This document shows, one piece after another, positions 9,058 through 19,461 of a DNA stretch of 64,000 nt; position 1 is the first letter of the stretch, and every line of letters begins with the position of its first letter. The notes beneath the pieces were generated by a model, which did no database searches, was not told where the DNA came from, and was given only the letters and a program-made list of their open reading frames with translations. A program made the position numbers and the translations under genes. Location of the stretch: the IMG/VR virus record IMGVR_UViG_3300017971_000185, positions 310,001 to 374,000 of that record. One strand, 5' to 3'.

Positions 9058-9771
9058 GTGCATTCAAACTCGCGGGACCAATATCTGCCTTTTCGGAAGG
9101 TGTACGACCTCTACAAGACGATGGTGAGGTATCCTGTGTCGGAAGGTGCGGTCCGGCGTTGGGTCAACCAAGGCAAGATACCGGCGTTCAAGCGAGGTAA
9201 CCGGTGGACGTTCTGCGTCAAGGATCTCGTTCGCTACCACGTGAACAATCTGGGCCAGGGGCCTTCTTACAAGAAGGCTCCCCCGCGCACGACGCGAATT
9301 CGGCCGGTTGCTGATCACGAGCTAGACCCGGTCGAGTGGGAGCCTCACGTCAGGAAGTTTCTCAAGGGACGTACGGTCGTGAGACCACGGCAGATCTGCG
9401 ATCTCGTTGGCGTCGCTCAGGACAGGTTGGGGCCTGAGGTTCGAAACCAGATGGATAGGGTCAAGACGCTGCTCCGGCATCTCGGATGGGAGAGGATGCC
9501 CGAACCCAAGAGCTATGACTGGTCTCCCATTGCGATCGTTCGCAAGGCCAGTGCCAAGAAGCGGGCGCCTGCTCGCACACAGAAACAGATCGAACAACAG
9601 AAACGACAATTGGTACGCCTCCTGAAACGTGAAGGAGGAGCCTATACCGCGGACGAGCTTGCTGAGAAGATGGGGTTGACACGCATTCAGGTTCAACGTC
9701 GTCTTCTTCGTCCGCTGGTCAAGGAAGGCAAAGTCCTCTATATGGGGGCGCAACTCTACTATCACCCCTGA
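9058..9771 (+). CDS. multi-HTH DNA-binding protein (excisionase/MerR-like N-terminus, wHTH C-terminus)
   Basis: VSEGAVRRWVNQGKIPAFKRGNRW; YTADELAEKMGLT...LVKEGKV; start uncertain. Confidence 0.65.
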   Translation: MHSNSRDQYLPFRKVYDLYKTMVRYPVSEGAVRRWVNQGKIPAFKRGNRWTFCVKDLVRYHVNNLGQGPSYKKAPPRTTRIRPVADHELDPVEWEPHVRKFLKGRTVVRPRQICDLVGVAQDRLGPEVRNQMDRVKTLLRHLGWERMPEPKSYDWSPIAIVRKASAKKRAPARTQKQIEQQKRQLVRLLKREGGAYTADELAEKMGLTRIQVQRRLLRPLVKEGKVLYMGAQLYYHP

Positions 9772-9791
9772 CAGACACAGGAACAACAGAC

Positions 9792-10856
9792 ATGCCCAAG
9801 AAGACCAAGAAGCAAAAGACCAAGAAAAAGAAGACTTCCGCCGCGCGAGCCACCAAGGTGAGGAAGCCTCCCAAGAGGAAAACCCCCGGATTGAGCGGTG
9901 CAGAACGAGCCGCCAAGAAACGAGCCGCACGCAAGAAGTTGACTGCGGACAACCGACGCAAGAAGTACGCTAAGCGCACGACGGAGTTTGGCGCACGAAT
10001 CACTCTGACTCGCGCGAAGGGTCTCCTCTCTCTGAATTATGAGGGACAGCGGAACCTCCGTCCCACCAGAGTCGATCAATTCTGTGGCATTCTCCGTCGC
10101 GGGTTGTGGATTGAGTCCGGTGAGCCCATCATCATCGACTGGTTTGGGAACCTGATCAACGGGCAGCATCGGCTGGCTGCCATCGTCAAGACCGGAATCA
10201 CCGCCAAGATCGACATCACCTATGGCGTTCCGCCAAAGGCGTTTGATGTGATCGATACTGGTGCCGTGCGTGCTCTCTACGACATCCTGCCTGTGGAGTT
10301 TCCCAAGCAGGTTTCGGCGCTGTATCGCGTCTACCTGGATTTCAAGACCACCGAGGGAGCGACTTACACCAGCTTTGGTCGACGGAGTGCTTCGGCCTTC
10401 CGTGAGGATCGGACCGGAGCCATCCAGTGGGCGCAGCGGAACGAAAAGCTCTTGACCAAGATCGTCAAGACGTGTCATGTGGACAAGGACGCTCGCGCAT
10501 TGCTCCGTCCTCCCGCAGTGTTTAACGCGTTCTACTTCCTCGTCGCTCGCAAGGCACCCAAGGAAGCGGACACGTTCTTCCGCACTCTGATCGACGGCGT
10601 GGAGTTTGAGTTGAAGGGGCTCGACCCCATCTACCAGCTTCGGCAGAATCTCGTGATGTTCAACGACAAGTACAAGAACAAGCGAGGGACTGCGGTGCCT
10701 CTGTGGATGATCGGAGGCATGCTCATCAAGGCGTGGAATGCCTACATGAAACGTGCGCCCGTTCGCCAGCTTCGGATGATGTCGAGCGAGAAGTGGCCTG
10801 AGATCACGAGTCGGACTACTCGGGCTCGGAAGTCTGCGAGGAAAGCCGCCGCGTAG
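9792..10856 (+). CDS. ParB/Srx-like domain protein with a basic N-terminal tail
   Basis: GEPIIID..GNLINGQHRLAAIV, FDVIDTGAVR. Confidence 0.7.
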   Translation: MPKKTKKQKTKKKKTSAARATKVRKPPKRKTPGLSGAERAAKKRAARKKLTADNRRKKYAKRTTEFGARITLTRAKGLLSLNYEGQRNLRPTRVDQFCGILRRGLWIESGEPIIIDWFGNLINGQHRLAAIVKTGITAKIDITYGVPPKAFDVIDTGAVRALYDILPVEFPKQVSALYRVYLDFKTTEGATYTSFGRRSASAFREDRTGAIQWAQRNEKLLTKIVKTCHVDKDARALLRPPAVFNAFYFLVARKAPKEADTFFRTLIDGVEFELKGLDPIYQLRQNLVMFNDKYKNKRGTAVPLWMIGGMLIKAWNAYMKRAPVRQLRMMSSEKWPEITSRTTRARKSARKAAA

Positions 10857-11529
10857 GCACGTCGATCTCGCCTGAGATCGGGGCCAAGCACGGGGCACCC
10901 TTCGGCCGCATCTTGAGCGGCCCCAGGAGCCGTTTTCCGATCAGGACGGCGGCTTCGATGTCGCCAATGTGGAGCGCCTTCTGGAGCGCCAGAGACGGAT
11001 CTACCTGTCCGTTGGTTCTAGTCAGAACGAGCAAGTCGGCTATGCGCTGCCGGACAGGTGGCTCACGTCTCCAGAAGGATCGTGCGGAGCCACGCATCAT
11101 GTCAGCCACTTGAAGATGGCTGGGTAGGTTCCGTCGTTGGGGAAGAGAAAGCAGAATCTCACGTTGGTGAACGTGCCTGTCAGAGTGCGGCCCCATTGGT
11201 CTCGACAGGTCACTGTGGAAATCATCGTGCCCTCGATCCAGTAGTTGCCGTCTTCGCAGAATCCTGAGTGTGCGGCATGACCCGCAAAGCTCGTGTAGGA
11301 GATATCCGTCCGCACGTTGTCGCCGGGTTCTCCAATCCTCGCAAACCACTGCGCCTCTTGGAGATAGAAGTCTCCGGTTTTGATGATCTGTTCGGCCGTC
11401 GTAAACGCGTGTTGGTGGCGATACGTGATCGGAGTGGGTGGGTGCGGTGTCATGTTTCCCTCGACTGCGGACGCACCACGGCTGTCGGAGAGAGAAAGAT
11501 CTCCGTCGCGAACCCAGACAACTGACTAC

Positions 11530-11739
11530 CTACTTCTTCTCCTCGGCCTTCTTTTCGTCGGCCTTTTTCTCCTCAGCTTTTGCCTCCGGCTTCGCGTCGG
11601 CCTTCTTCTCCTCGGCCTTCTCTTCGGCCTTTGCCTCAGCTTTTGCGTCGGCTTTTTCGTCAGCCTTTTTCTCTTCCTTGGCCGTCTCGGGACAACCCGC
11701 GAGCAGCAGTGTGAACAGGGCTACTGTGGTCTTGCGCAT
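11530..11739 (-). CDS. small Lys/Ala/Glu-repeat lipoprotein
   Basis: Lipobox LLAGC followed by KAEEK-type repeats. Confidence 0.7.
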   Translation of the reverse strand: MRKTTVALFTLLLAGCPETAKEEKKADEKADAKAEAKAEEKAEEKKADAKPEAKAEEKKADEKKAEEKK

Positions 11740-11826
11740 GATTTGCTCCTGAGTGGGGGGATACTATAGCCTACCCACCGTACCGCACAAAACTGGCGCT
11801 ATCTCGTCTATCTCTGACCCTTTCCC

Positions 11827-12123
11827 ATGATGAAGTGCAGGTACTACACACTAGCCCTTGCTCTATCGTTCGGCATTCCCGGATGCTCAACTAGCGACGA
11901 TGACGACGATGGAGGCACTGGAGAAACCGGTTCGGAAACAGGCTCGGAGACCGAAACCCCGACCAACGACGGAACGGGAACCCCGACCAACGACGGAACG
12001 GGAACCCCGACCGATGACGGGACAGAGACTCCGACCGATGACGGGACAGAGACCAACACGCCGACCGACGGAACGGAGACCAACACCCCGACTGACGGAA
12101 CGCCGACAGGCAGCGGTAGTTGA
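11827..12123 (+). CDS. small acidic lipoprotein with TPT(N/D)DGT repeats
   Basis: Signal peptide ending PGC; 24-nt tandem repeats. Confidence 0.65.
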   Translation: MMKCRYYTLALALSFGIPGCSTSDDDDDGGTGETGSETGSETETPTNDGTGTPTNDGTGTPTDDGTETPTDDGTETNTPTDGTETNTPTDGTPTGSGS

Positions 12124-12304
12124 GGTTAGCGACAGCGCCGCTTGCTGAGCAGAACGTGGCGGTATGCCCAGAGAACACTGAGCACCGAATTGCGGCCAGG
12201 ATCTCGGGGCAAATGCAGTTTCCGTGAGAGAGTAGCCTCTCTTGCGAGATCGATGGGAAAGTACATTCAGCGTGGTGCTGTGCCTATAATTGTTCTCTGA
12301 TTGA

Positions 12305-12709
12305 GTGTCCGGGAAGCGCAAGCCTAGCGAGTACGGGTTGCATGGAAGAATTCAGCACTCGGTGACTCGCGTGCAGCCCGGAGCGCCTTCGGCGCAGATT
12401 CACGACGTTACGCCCATTCAGCCGATCGTGATCCAGGTGCCGCGCGAGCGCGAGCCTTCGGGGCCGAAAAATTCGCATCATCGAGGACCAGAGTGGTGGT
12501 TTGTGGGGGTTGTGGTCCTGATAGCGGTCATTTTGTCGGGATCGATCTCGGTATATGTTGCATCGCAATTCCTAGATGAGTACTCCAGTCGCATCGAGCA
12601 ACTGGACCAGAAGATCGAGGAGCTGGACCGCAAGATTCAATTGCACGACATGACTCTCACCCGGATCGAGGCCCAGGTTGAACATCTCAACGAACGTCGA
12701 AACCGTTAG
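12305..12709 (+). CDS. membrane-anchored coiled-coil protein
   Basis: One transmembrane segment followed by heptad repeats. Confidence 0.5.
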   Translation: MSGKRKPSEYGLHGRIQHSVTRVQPGAPSAQIHDVTPIQPIVIQVPREREPSGPKNSHHRGPEWWFVGVVVLIAVILSGSISVYVASQFLDEYSSRIEQLDQKIEELDRKIQLHDMTLTRIEAQVEHLNERRNR

Positions 12710-13296
12710 TCCGTGTCCTCGTTGCGGATCTGTGGACTACACACGCAAGCTGGGTTTGGTCATCGCCGGAACGTCGGTCACTGTGTGTAACCTCTGTGCG
12801 CCCTCTGAAATCAAGATCCCTCTGGAAGTCAAAGAGCAAGACATGACCGTGTCCACGGGTGTCTTTCATGCTCGTCTAGATTGGGAGCACGACAACCCGA
12901 TTCGATCGACTTCGTGGGAGCGTCCTGTCTGGCGAAGGATCGTCAACTGGCTCGGGCTTCCGCTGCACCAGATCTAGTCGCGGCTCGGTAAGTCTTTGGG
13001 TCCGAGCGGTTGCGTGATCGCGTTGGGATCCACGTCGTCGTCGTCGTCGTCGCCTCCGCCGACTTCACCAATTGAGAGATTGAAGCCCTCGGATGCGGAG
13101 ATCCTTTGGATGACCAGCGGCGGTAGATCGAACATCTCGACAAGCTCACAGACCGTGTAGCGCTTGTCGCCCACGTCCCAGGAGCGTAGCTCGCGCAGAA
13201 GCCGATCGATCTTGGCTTTGGTGTCCGCATCCATGGGCTCTCTAGAGGGGAATTATAGGCGCGTGAGGCGGTTTTGGCGCGAGGCCCGCGCCAAAA

Positions 13297-13327
13297 TGTA
13301 AACTTCTTGGAGGAATCCGCGTAGAGG
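13297..13327 (+). promoter_or_regulatory. recurrent phage promoter TGTAAACTT-N12-CGCGTAGAGG (ECF-sigma-like)
   Basis: Near-identical copies at 42247, 61162 and 41516, each upstream of an ORF. Confidence 0.7.
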
Positions 13328-13340
13328 GGTTGGAGAGCAA

Positions 13341-14087
13341 ATGGCACGCAAAGCAACAGCACTTACCAAGCCCGATCTCGACGTTCTTGCACTTCCCGAG
13401 GATGTCACCCTTCTTCCCGACAACAGCACGCACCAGCATCGCTTCGACTTCACATCATCGAGCGGTCGCGTCTATCGGGTCGCGCAGCGGAAGTACAACC
13501 CCAAGACTGGCAAGGGCGGCTGGTGGGCTTGCTCGTGCCCGAGTTTCATTCACGGCCGCAAGGGCTCGAAGGACTGCAAGCACCTTCGTGACTTCGGTCT
13601 CCCCGGCAATCACGAGCGTTTCGAGATTGGCGAGATCTCCGTGGGCGCACTCGACGGCGAAGTGGGCGCAACCACGATGAGGGACTCCGAGCGGGCCGGT
13701 CGCAAGTCGGCACAGAAGACTCAACTTCGCGCAATCGCTGGCGGCGAAGGCAAGGTCGTGGACCCGTCGAGCGGCGCGGCAGATCTCAGCCTGCTCATCA
13801 CCGATCCAAACACGTACTCACTTCGGGATGAGATCAAGAAGCTGGGTGGCCGACCCCGTTACCAAAATAGCAAGTTTCAGGGCTGGCTCATGCCGAACGC
13901 AGCGGCCAAGGCCAAGGTCGAGGCCCTTTTGGCAGAGTCGTCCAAGGCGGCTGCCCCGAAGGCTGAATCCAAGGCACTCCCGGCTGTGAAGCCGACCAAC
14001 GTCGAAATGAAGAACGGCCAGATCGTCGTGACCTTCGATGCGAAGGACCAGGCGGCGGTGTTCGCCCTCCTGAGCAAGATCTCCTAG
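13341..14087 (+). CDS. SWIM zinc-finger protein
   Basis: WACSCPSF...DCKHL. Confidence 0.7.
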   Translation: MARKATALTKPDLDVLALPEDVTLLPDNSTHQHRFDFTSSSGRVYRVAQRKYNPKTGKGGWWACSCPSFIHGRKGSKDCKHLRDFGLPGNHERFEIGEISVGALDGEVGATTMRDSERAGRKSAQKTQLRAIAGGEGKVVDPSSGAADLSLLITDPNTYSLRDEIKKLGGRPRYQNSKFQGWLMPNAAAKAKVEALLAESSKAAAPKAESKALPAVKPTNVEMKNGQIVVTFDAKDQAAVFALLSKIS

Positions 14088-14310
14088 CGTCTGTGCTAAC
14101 CTCCCCCCGGCCCGAGTCAATGGTGGCTCAGGCCGGGTTAACTTTTTCTCTGATCTCGCGTATATGACTCCCGCAGGCACACTAGCTCGTGGTAGCTGTC
14201 AGGACCCAATGCTTGGAGGTCGCAAAGCTGCGGCGCGACAACGCAAGGCGATAGCAGGCTTGTTTGGGCTGGAGCTTGCTTCCTGATCGTTTCCGCTGTA
14301 CACCTGGGGA

Positions 14311-14653
14311 TCGGTCGAGAGGATGAGGAGATCGCAGCCGCAAGGCTGAGGAAAGTCCGGGCTCCGTAGAGCAGCGTGCTTGGGAAATCCAAGTCGGGGC
14401 GACCCGCAGGAAAGTGCCGCAGAAAGCAAACCGCCGATGGCCTTCGGGCACAGGCAAGGGTGAAAGGGTGGGGTAAGAGCCCACCGGGTTCCTGGCGACA
14501 GGGATCGCATGGTAAACCCCACGCGGAGCAAGACAAACAGAGAGCGCTGAAGTTGCTCGCCTAGCTCTCGGGTTGTCGCAAAGATGAATGATCGCCACCT
14601 GGCAAGGGCAACCGACCCAGGGACAGAACCCGGCTTACGACCCTCTCGGCCGA
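14311..14653 (+). ncRNA. rnpB: RNase P RNA (bacterial type A)
   Basis: GAGGAAAGTCCGGGCTCC, GGAAAGTGCCGCAGAAA, GGTAAACCCCAC..GGAGCAAG and ACAGAACCCGGCTTA; P1 TCGGTCGAGAGG/CCTCTCGGCCGA. Confidence 0.95.
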
Positions 14654-14749
14654 TTATTTTCCGTAGCGGTTCAAAAACGGAGCGCTCGCTATACGACTTC
14701 AGCGGCTCTTGGAAGAAAACGGTGTCGGCATTGGTCCGGGGGAATCGCC

Positions 14750-15256
14750 CTAGGACCCGGTGCTTCCGAATCCTCCCTTGCCTCGCTCTGTTTCGGGCAA
14801 CTCTTCAACTTGACGAACACCCCTCGGGGTGGCGACGGCAGCGATGACAAGCTGAGCGATGCGGTCTCCATGCTTGACTGAAAACCCGACGTTGCTGTGG
14901 TTGATCAGAATGACGCCGACTTCTCCTCTGTAGTCCGCGTCGATTGTTCCTGGCGCATTGAGCACTGTGATCTTGTGCTTGAGCGCTAACCCTGACCGCG
15001 GGCGTATTTGTGCTTCAAAGCCAGGCGGGAGAGCCATGGCTATTCCGGTGGGTATGAGTCCTGTCGCGCCCGGAGAGATGATGCAATCCTCGCAGCAGGC
15101 GAACAAGTCTAGCCCGGCCGCATTCGGGCTCATTCGTTTCGGGAGAATGGCTGCGTCGTTGAGCTTCTTGAAAAGGACATTCCAAGAGCCGTCATCGTTG
15201 TAGAATTCGCTACCGAGCATGACTGTATATACTCCGGTCGTTTGGGGTATAGGCAC
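14750..15256 (-). CDS. dut: dUTP diphosphatase
   Basis: AGLDL, RSGLA, GTIDADYRGE, RIAQL and RGKGGFGSTG motifs. Confidence 0.95.
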   Translation of the reverse strand: MPIPQTTGVYTVMLGSEFYNDDGSWNVLFKKLNDAAILPKRMSPNAAGLDLFACCEDCIISPGATGLIPTGIAMALPPGFEAQIRPRSGLALKHKITVLNAPGTIDADYRGEVGVILINHSNVGFSVKHGDRIAQLVIAAVATPRGVRQVEELPETERGKGGFGSTGS

Positions 15257-15574
15257 CCATGCGGCAGCCTCTATTTCAGGCCAAGCTGGCGCGCGTTCCT
15301 ACGCTGCTCACGGCTCAGCGGTTTCTGGCTGATCTCTTCGACTACGAACCGGATGAGATGTTTGCAGCGTTGATGTCTGGCGTGGGAGCGCAGCCGTTGC
15401 ATTCTTGGCCTGGCTGGGTCCCAAGGGTCTCGGGTTGGGAGAGTGTTGAGGTTGCCTACGATGAGTTTCGGTTTGTGAGAGCCGACCTGGAGATTCGGGT
15501 AGCCTATGATCGTGGTGAACGGACCTGGACGATCGTGGGTACTCTGTTTGGGGATTTGCCGTGGGTGGTAGTGG

Positions 15575-16090
15575 ATGGCTAGGCCGACCAAAATCATCTC
15601 TGGAGGGCAAACGGGTGTTGATCGTGGCGCGCTCGATGCCGCCATGGATTTGGGCATCGACCATGGTGGCTGGTGTCCGCCAGAACGATACGCCGAGGAC
15701 GGCCGCATCCCTGAGCACTACGACGTAGAGGAAGTGTCAACAGACCACTTCATCGACCACGGATACGACTATGGAGACTACAGGGAGCACTACCGTCTCA
15801 GGACGATGCTGAATGTCAAGACTGCGGACGCGACCCTGATCTTGACACAGGGGCCAGGTAAGCTGACTCCGGGCACGCGATTGACGCTCACCTTCGTGCG
15901 GGGCGCAGGAAAGCCATGCCTCATGCTCCCCTTCGCAGACGAGGATGCCCCGTGGCGTATCAAAACTTGGGTCGAGGATCAACAGATTACGTGCCTGAAT
16001 GTCGCTGGCCCCCGAGAGAGCAAGATTTCGGGCATTCAGGAGAAGACGCGGAGTCTTCTGATGAAGGCTTTTTCTGGCTCCGGCGGGTAG
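15575..16090 (+). CDS. SLOG-superfamily protein (putative molybdenum-carrier family)
   Basis: IISGGQTGVDRGALD, RT..NV..ADATL, LNVAGPRES. Confidence 0.8.
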   Translation: MARPTKIISGGQTGVDRGALDAAMDLGIDHGGWCPPERYAEDGRIPEHYDVEEVSTDHFIDHGYDYGDYREHYRLRTMLNVKTADATLILTQGPGKLTPGTRLTLTFVRGAGKPCLMLPFADEDAPWRIKTWVEDQQITCLNVAGPRESKISGIQEKTRSLLMKAFSGSGG

Positions 16091-16252
16091 GATTGGCGTG
16101 AGCTTGTCAAACCTCCCGTTTAGGGATACAAGGACGCCTGTTCATTTTTGCCTCAAAAGGCGTAAGTAGGAGACAAGCCTTTGTTACACCAAGGTAAGTG
16201 AATCGGAGGCGTCCTAAACGCCGACCAAATCAAACAGGAGAGATAGGAACAC

Positions 16253-16834
16253 ATGCCCGACGACAACTTTGTCCAAGATCTGGAAGATGGCGTTGAGAAG
16301 GATGCTGAAGAACGCAAACGCTCCGACATCCTCAACCGGCTTGCCACGGTGAACCCCACGCTGGAGGATCTCTTCAACGTCTGTCAGAACAGCAAGCTCG
16401 GCGACGTGATGAAGACTTTTACCTTGGACGACCTTGTATCGACGCGCCAGCCGGTCGTTGACGATGATGACGACGATGACGTGTCGGCGCCAGCACCAAG
16501 GAAAAAGCGCGGCAAGAAGAAGGCCGCCAAGAAGACCGCCAAGAAAAAGGTCGCCAAGAAGAAGGTCGCCAAGAAGAAGGCCGCCAAGAAGAAGGTCGCC
16601 AAGAAAGCGCCGAAGACCGGCAAGGCACGCAAGGCTCGTCAAAACTACGATGAGCTAGCCAAGGAAGTTCACGCCTATATGAAGAAGGCTAAGGAGCCCA
16701 TCTCGACTGGTACGATTGTGTCCGAGTTTGGCGTCAGCGGATCGCAGGCGCGCAAGGTGGCTGAGATTCTCGTTGCGGAGAAGAAGGCCAAGCGGCAGGG
16801 CGCGGGACGGGGCACGAAGTACGAGTTGAAGTAG
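16253..16834 (+). CDS. histone H1-like DNA-binding protein with C-terminal wHTH
   Basis: AKKKVAKKK repeats; GAGRGTKY end. Confidence 0.7.
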   Translation: MPDDNFVQDLEDGVEKDAEERKRSDILNRLATVNPTLEDLFNVCQNSKLGDVMKTFTLDDLVSTRQPVVDDDDDDDVSAPAPRKKRGKKKAAKKTAKKKVAKKKVAKKKAAKKKVAKKAPKTGKARKARQNYDELAKEVHAYMKKAKEPISTGTIVSEFGVSGSQARKVAEILVAEKKAKRQGAGRGTKYELK

Positions 16835-16857
16835 CCGCTACACAGCAGATTCAACGA

Positions 16858-16892
16858 GGAAAACCCGGCCAGCGGAGCCGGGTTTTCCGTTT
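16858..16892 (+). terminator. intrinsic terminator
   Basis: GGAAAACCCGGC/GCCGGGTTTTCC hairpin followed by GTTT. Confidence 0.6.
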
Positions 16893-16907
16893 ATAGGTTC
16901 ACCCAAG

Positions 16908-17492
16908 ATGGTGAAACGAGCAGCCTCACTCCTGTTGTGCGCGTGTGCGGTGACGCAAACTCCCTCCACGGCGATTCCCGAGTACAATCGCAAGGAGTGG
17001 AAGCACTGGATCGATGAAGATCGAGACTGCCAGGACACGCGACAGGAAGTGCTGATTGCTGAGTCCGAGATTCCCGTCACCTTCAAGACCGAGCGTCAGT
17101 GCCGGGTCATCTCGGGTCGCTGGGTTGATCCCTACACAAACAAGATGATCACTGATCCGGGGTTGCTCGACATCGATCACGTGGTTGCGCTCCGCGATGC
17201 GCATGATTCGGGCGGCCATGCTTGGGACGCTGACAAGAAACGAGACTTCGCGAACGATCTCTTCGATCCCGCTCATCTGATGGCCGTCGATCGTTCGGTC
17301 AATCGCAGTAAAGGTTCCCGAGGCCCCGATGCATGGTTACCACCAAACCCAGCTTACCGGTGCGAGTACATCCGAAGCTGGGTGGCGATCATGGGGCAGT
17401 GGGATCTGGACATGACGATTCCCGAAGCCACGATGATTGAGTACATGCTCCGCGTCTGTGATTCAGGTTGTGTGCCTCCGTTGCCGCAGTAG
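16908..17492 (+). CDS. secreted HNH-type nuclease (DUF1524-like)
   Basis: DCQDTRQEVL, DIDHVVAL..AH.SG, NRSKG..GPDAWLP. Confidence 0.8.
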   Translation: MVKRAASLLLCACAVTQTPSTAIPEYNRKEWKHWIDEDRDCQDTRQEVLIAESEIPVTFKTERQCRVISGRWVDPYTNKMITDPGLLDIDHVVALRDAHDSGGHAWDADKKRDFANDLFDPAHLMAVDRSVNRSKGSRGPDAWLPPNPAYRCEYIRSWVAIMGQWDLDMTIPEATMIEYMLRVCDSGCVPPLPQ

Positions 17493-17869
17493 AGTTGGTC
17501 ATGCTCATTCCTGACGACGTGAAAGTACTCTGCAAACACTACGAGCAGTATGTTCCGGTGATCAGGGATCTGGTCACCGAGGCCAATGCGATCATCGAGT
17601 CCCAAGGTCTCACCGAGCTTTGGATCGAGGAGTATAGCGAGCCAGAGCCCTCGATGGGGATCACACCGCTCAAGAACGGCCGAGTCGGGGTCATGGTCTG
17701 GGCTCCCGTGATCAAGGAATTCGATCAAGTGCTCGCGTTTCTCCGTCACAAGGACATCGGTCTGTTCCGTGTGCCGGGCGAATCGATCGGTCGTGTCGAT
17801 GGGATCAGGCTGAGTGGCCCTGACTTCATCGTGCTTCGCGATCTCGCAGACATCCTCGGGAAGTTGTAG

Positions 17870-18478
17870 ATGCCGCGTCCGACGAAACTCGTGTTCGTTG
17901 ACCTGGAAACCACCGGGTTCGATGAAAGCTATCACGAGATCATCGAGGTCGCGATCGTTGCTCAGAACAAGATGCCGCTTCTGCATACGAAGGTTCGGCC
18001 AAAGCATCTCGATGAAGCGATGGCGAAAGACCCGGCCGGAACCAAGCAAGCGTTGGAGCTAAACGGCTACAACGAGTTGGAGTGGAAGAACGAACCGACT
18101 TGGGTCGAGATCGCTCCCCGAGTACGAAGTCTCCTGACGGATGTGGTCATCGTCGGGCACCATCCTGGTTTCGATCTTCGCTTCATCAACGCGTGGCTCA
18201 AACGCACCGAGGTCGGGAATGGAGGAATCCCCTACCACGGGATAGACACGGCCACGCTCGCTCACGAGCACTTGATCCCGTGTGGGGCCAAGAGTGTGAG
18301 TCTGGGGGCTACATGCGCGTTTCTCGGCATTTCCAACGTGGGAGCCCACACGGCGCTCTCTGACGCCCTACGCTGCCGGGCCGTCTACTATGCCCTTCTG
18401 CGTGCAGGGCCTCTGAGGCGGCTCTGGTGGCGTCTGGCGGGGCCGTGGAGGCTACGGAGAGCCCATGCTCGACATTGA
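17870..18478 (+). CDS. DnaQ-like DEDDh 3'-5' exonuclease
   Basis: VDLETTG, GH..FD, AHTALSDA. Confidence 0.88.
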   Translation: MPRPTKLVFVDLETTGFDESYHEIIEVAIVAQNKMPLLHTKVRPKHLDEAMAKDPAGTKQALELNGYNELEWKNEPTWVEIAPRVRSLLTDVVIVGHHPGFDLRFINAWLKRTEVGNGGIPYHGIDTATLAHEHLIPCGAKSVSLGATCAFLGISNVGAHTALSDALRCRAVYYALLRAGPLRRLWWRLAGPWRLRRAHARH

Positions 18479-18714
18479 CGCCTGTTTCGACCGGTGGCGC
18501 GCGCGACAAGCGCAGATTGCCCATCTTCTGACGCGGCTGGAGGAAGAGGCCGCGGCTCAGGCGATGCTTCTGGAGGGGTTGCGAACTGTTTGGGTGAAAC
18601 GTGGGTATAGTTTCTCGAAGCTGCGTTTTTCTGCCTATACAACGCAGGAAAGGAGAGACGCGATGTCCAAGATCAAGGTGATTCGCGTCAGCGCCACCGA
18701 ATTCGAGACCGAAG

Positions 18715-19461
18715 ATGGCAAGGTCTTCCCCCACCCGATCCCCTTCCAAGACGGCAAAGTCCCGTCCGTCGAAGAATTCCAGGCGATCCACGACCAGTGG
18801 CGGGAAATCTTTCAATCCCAAGGACTCCTCCCAGGAGCGCCTCCTGGGCCCGGGAAAGACCGCTGAGCTTCTCGGCGTCCACATCAGCACTCTCCGCCGA
18901 TGGGACGAAGACGGCACCCTGGAGGCCGTCAGGACACCCGGAGGATGGCGAAAATACCGCCTCTCCGACATCGAAAGGTTCCAAGGCCGAGAATCTCCTG
19001 AACGTGAAAAACAGGAGATTCGGGCGGTCGCCTATTGCCGGGTCAGCAGCCACGACCAGAAACAAAAAGGAGACCTCGAACGCCAGTCAGATCGCGTCGT
19101 CGCCCACGTCGCCCGCCAAGGCTACAAGCTGGTGGACGCACTCGAAGAAGTCGGCTCGGGAATGTCGGATACGAGACCGAAGCTCCATCGGCTGTTCAAG
19201 CTAGTGGGCGATCACGAGGTCGATGTCGTGGTCGTCGAGCACAAGGACCGCCTGTGCCGGTTCAATTTCGGTTTCCTCCAAGCGTACTTCCAGAGCCACG
19301 GGGTCGAGGTGGAGTGGATCGAGGATGTGCTCGGTAGAAGCTACGAGGAGGAACTTGTGGAGGACATGCTGTCGTTGATGTCGAGTTTCTCGGCTCGCAT
19401 CTACGGCAAGCGCAGCGCGGAGAACCGTCGCAAGAAACGAAAGAAGGAGAAAGCAGCATGA
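18715..19461 (+). CDS. tnpA: IS607 serine-recombinase transposase
   Basis: MerR-like HTH (LGVHISTLRRWD), YCRVSSHDQ, DRLCRF, ELVEDM..SFSARIYG. Confidence 0.92.
   Translation: MARSSPTRSPSKTAKSRPSKNSRRSTTSGGKSFNPKDSSQERLLGPGKTAELLGVHISTLRRWDEDGTLEAVRTPGGWRKYRLSDIERFQGRESPEREKQEIRAVAYCRVSSHDQKQKGDLERQSDRVVAHVARQGYKLVDALEEVGSGMSDTRPKLHRLFKLVGDHEVDVVVVEHKDRLCRFNFGFLQAYFQSHGVEVEWIEDVLGRSYEEELVEDMLSLMSSFSARIYGKRSAENRRKKRKKEKAA

Noticed and set aside
11940-12110. 24-nt tandem repeats
   Set aside because: Coding repeats of a lipoprotein (TPTDDGT), not a DNA-level array.
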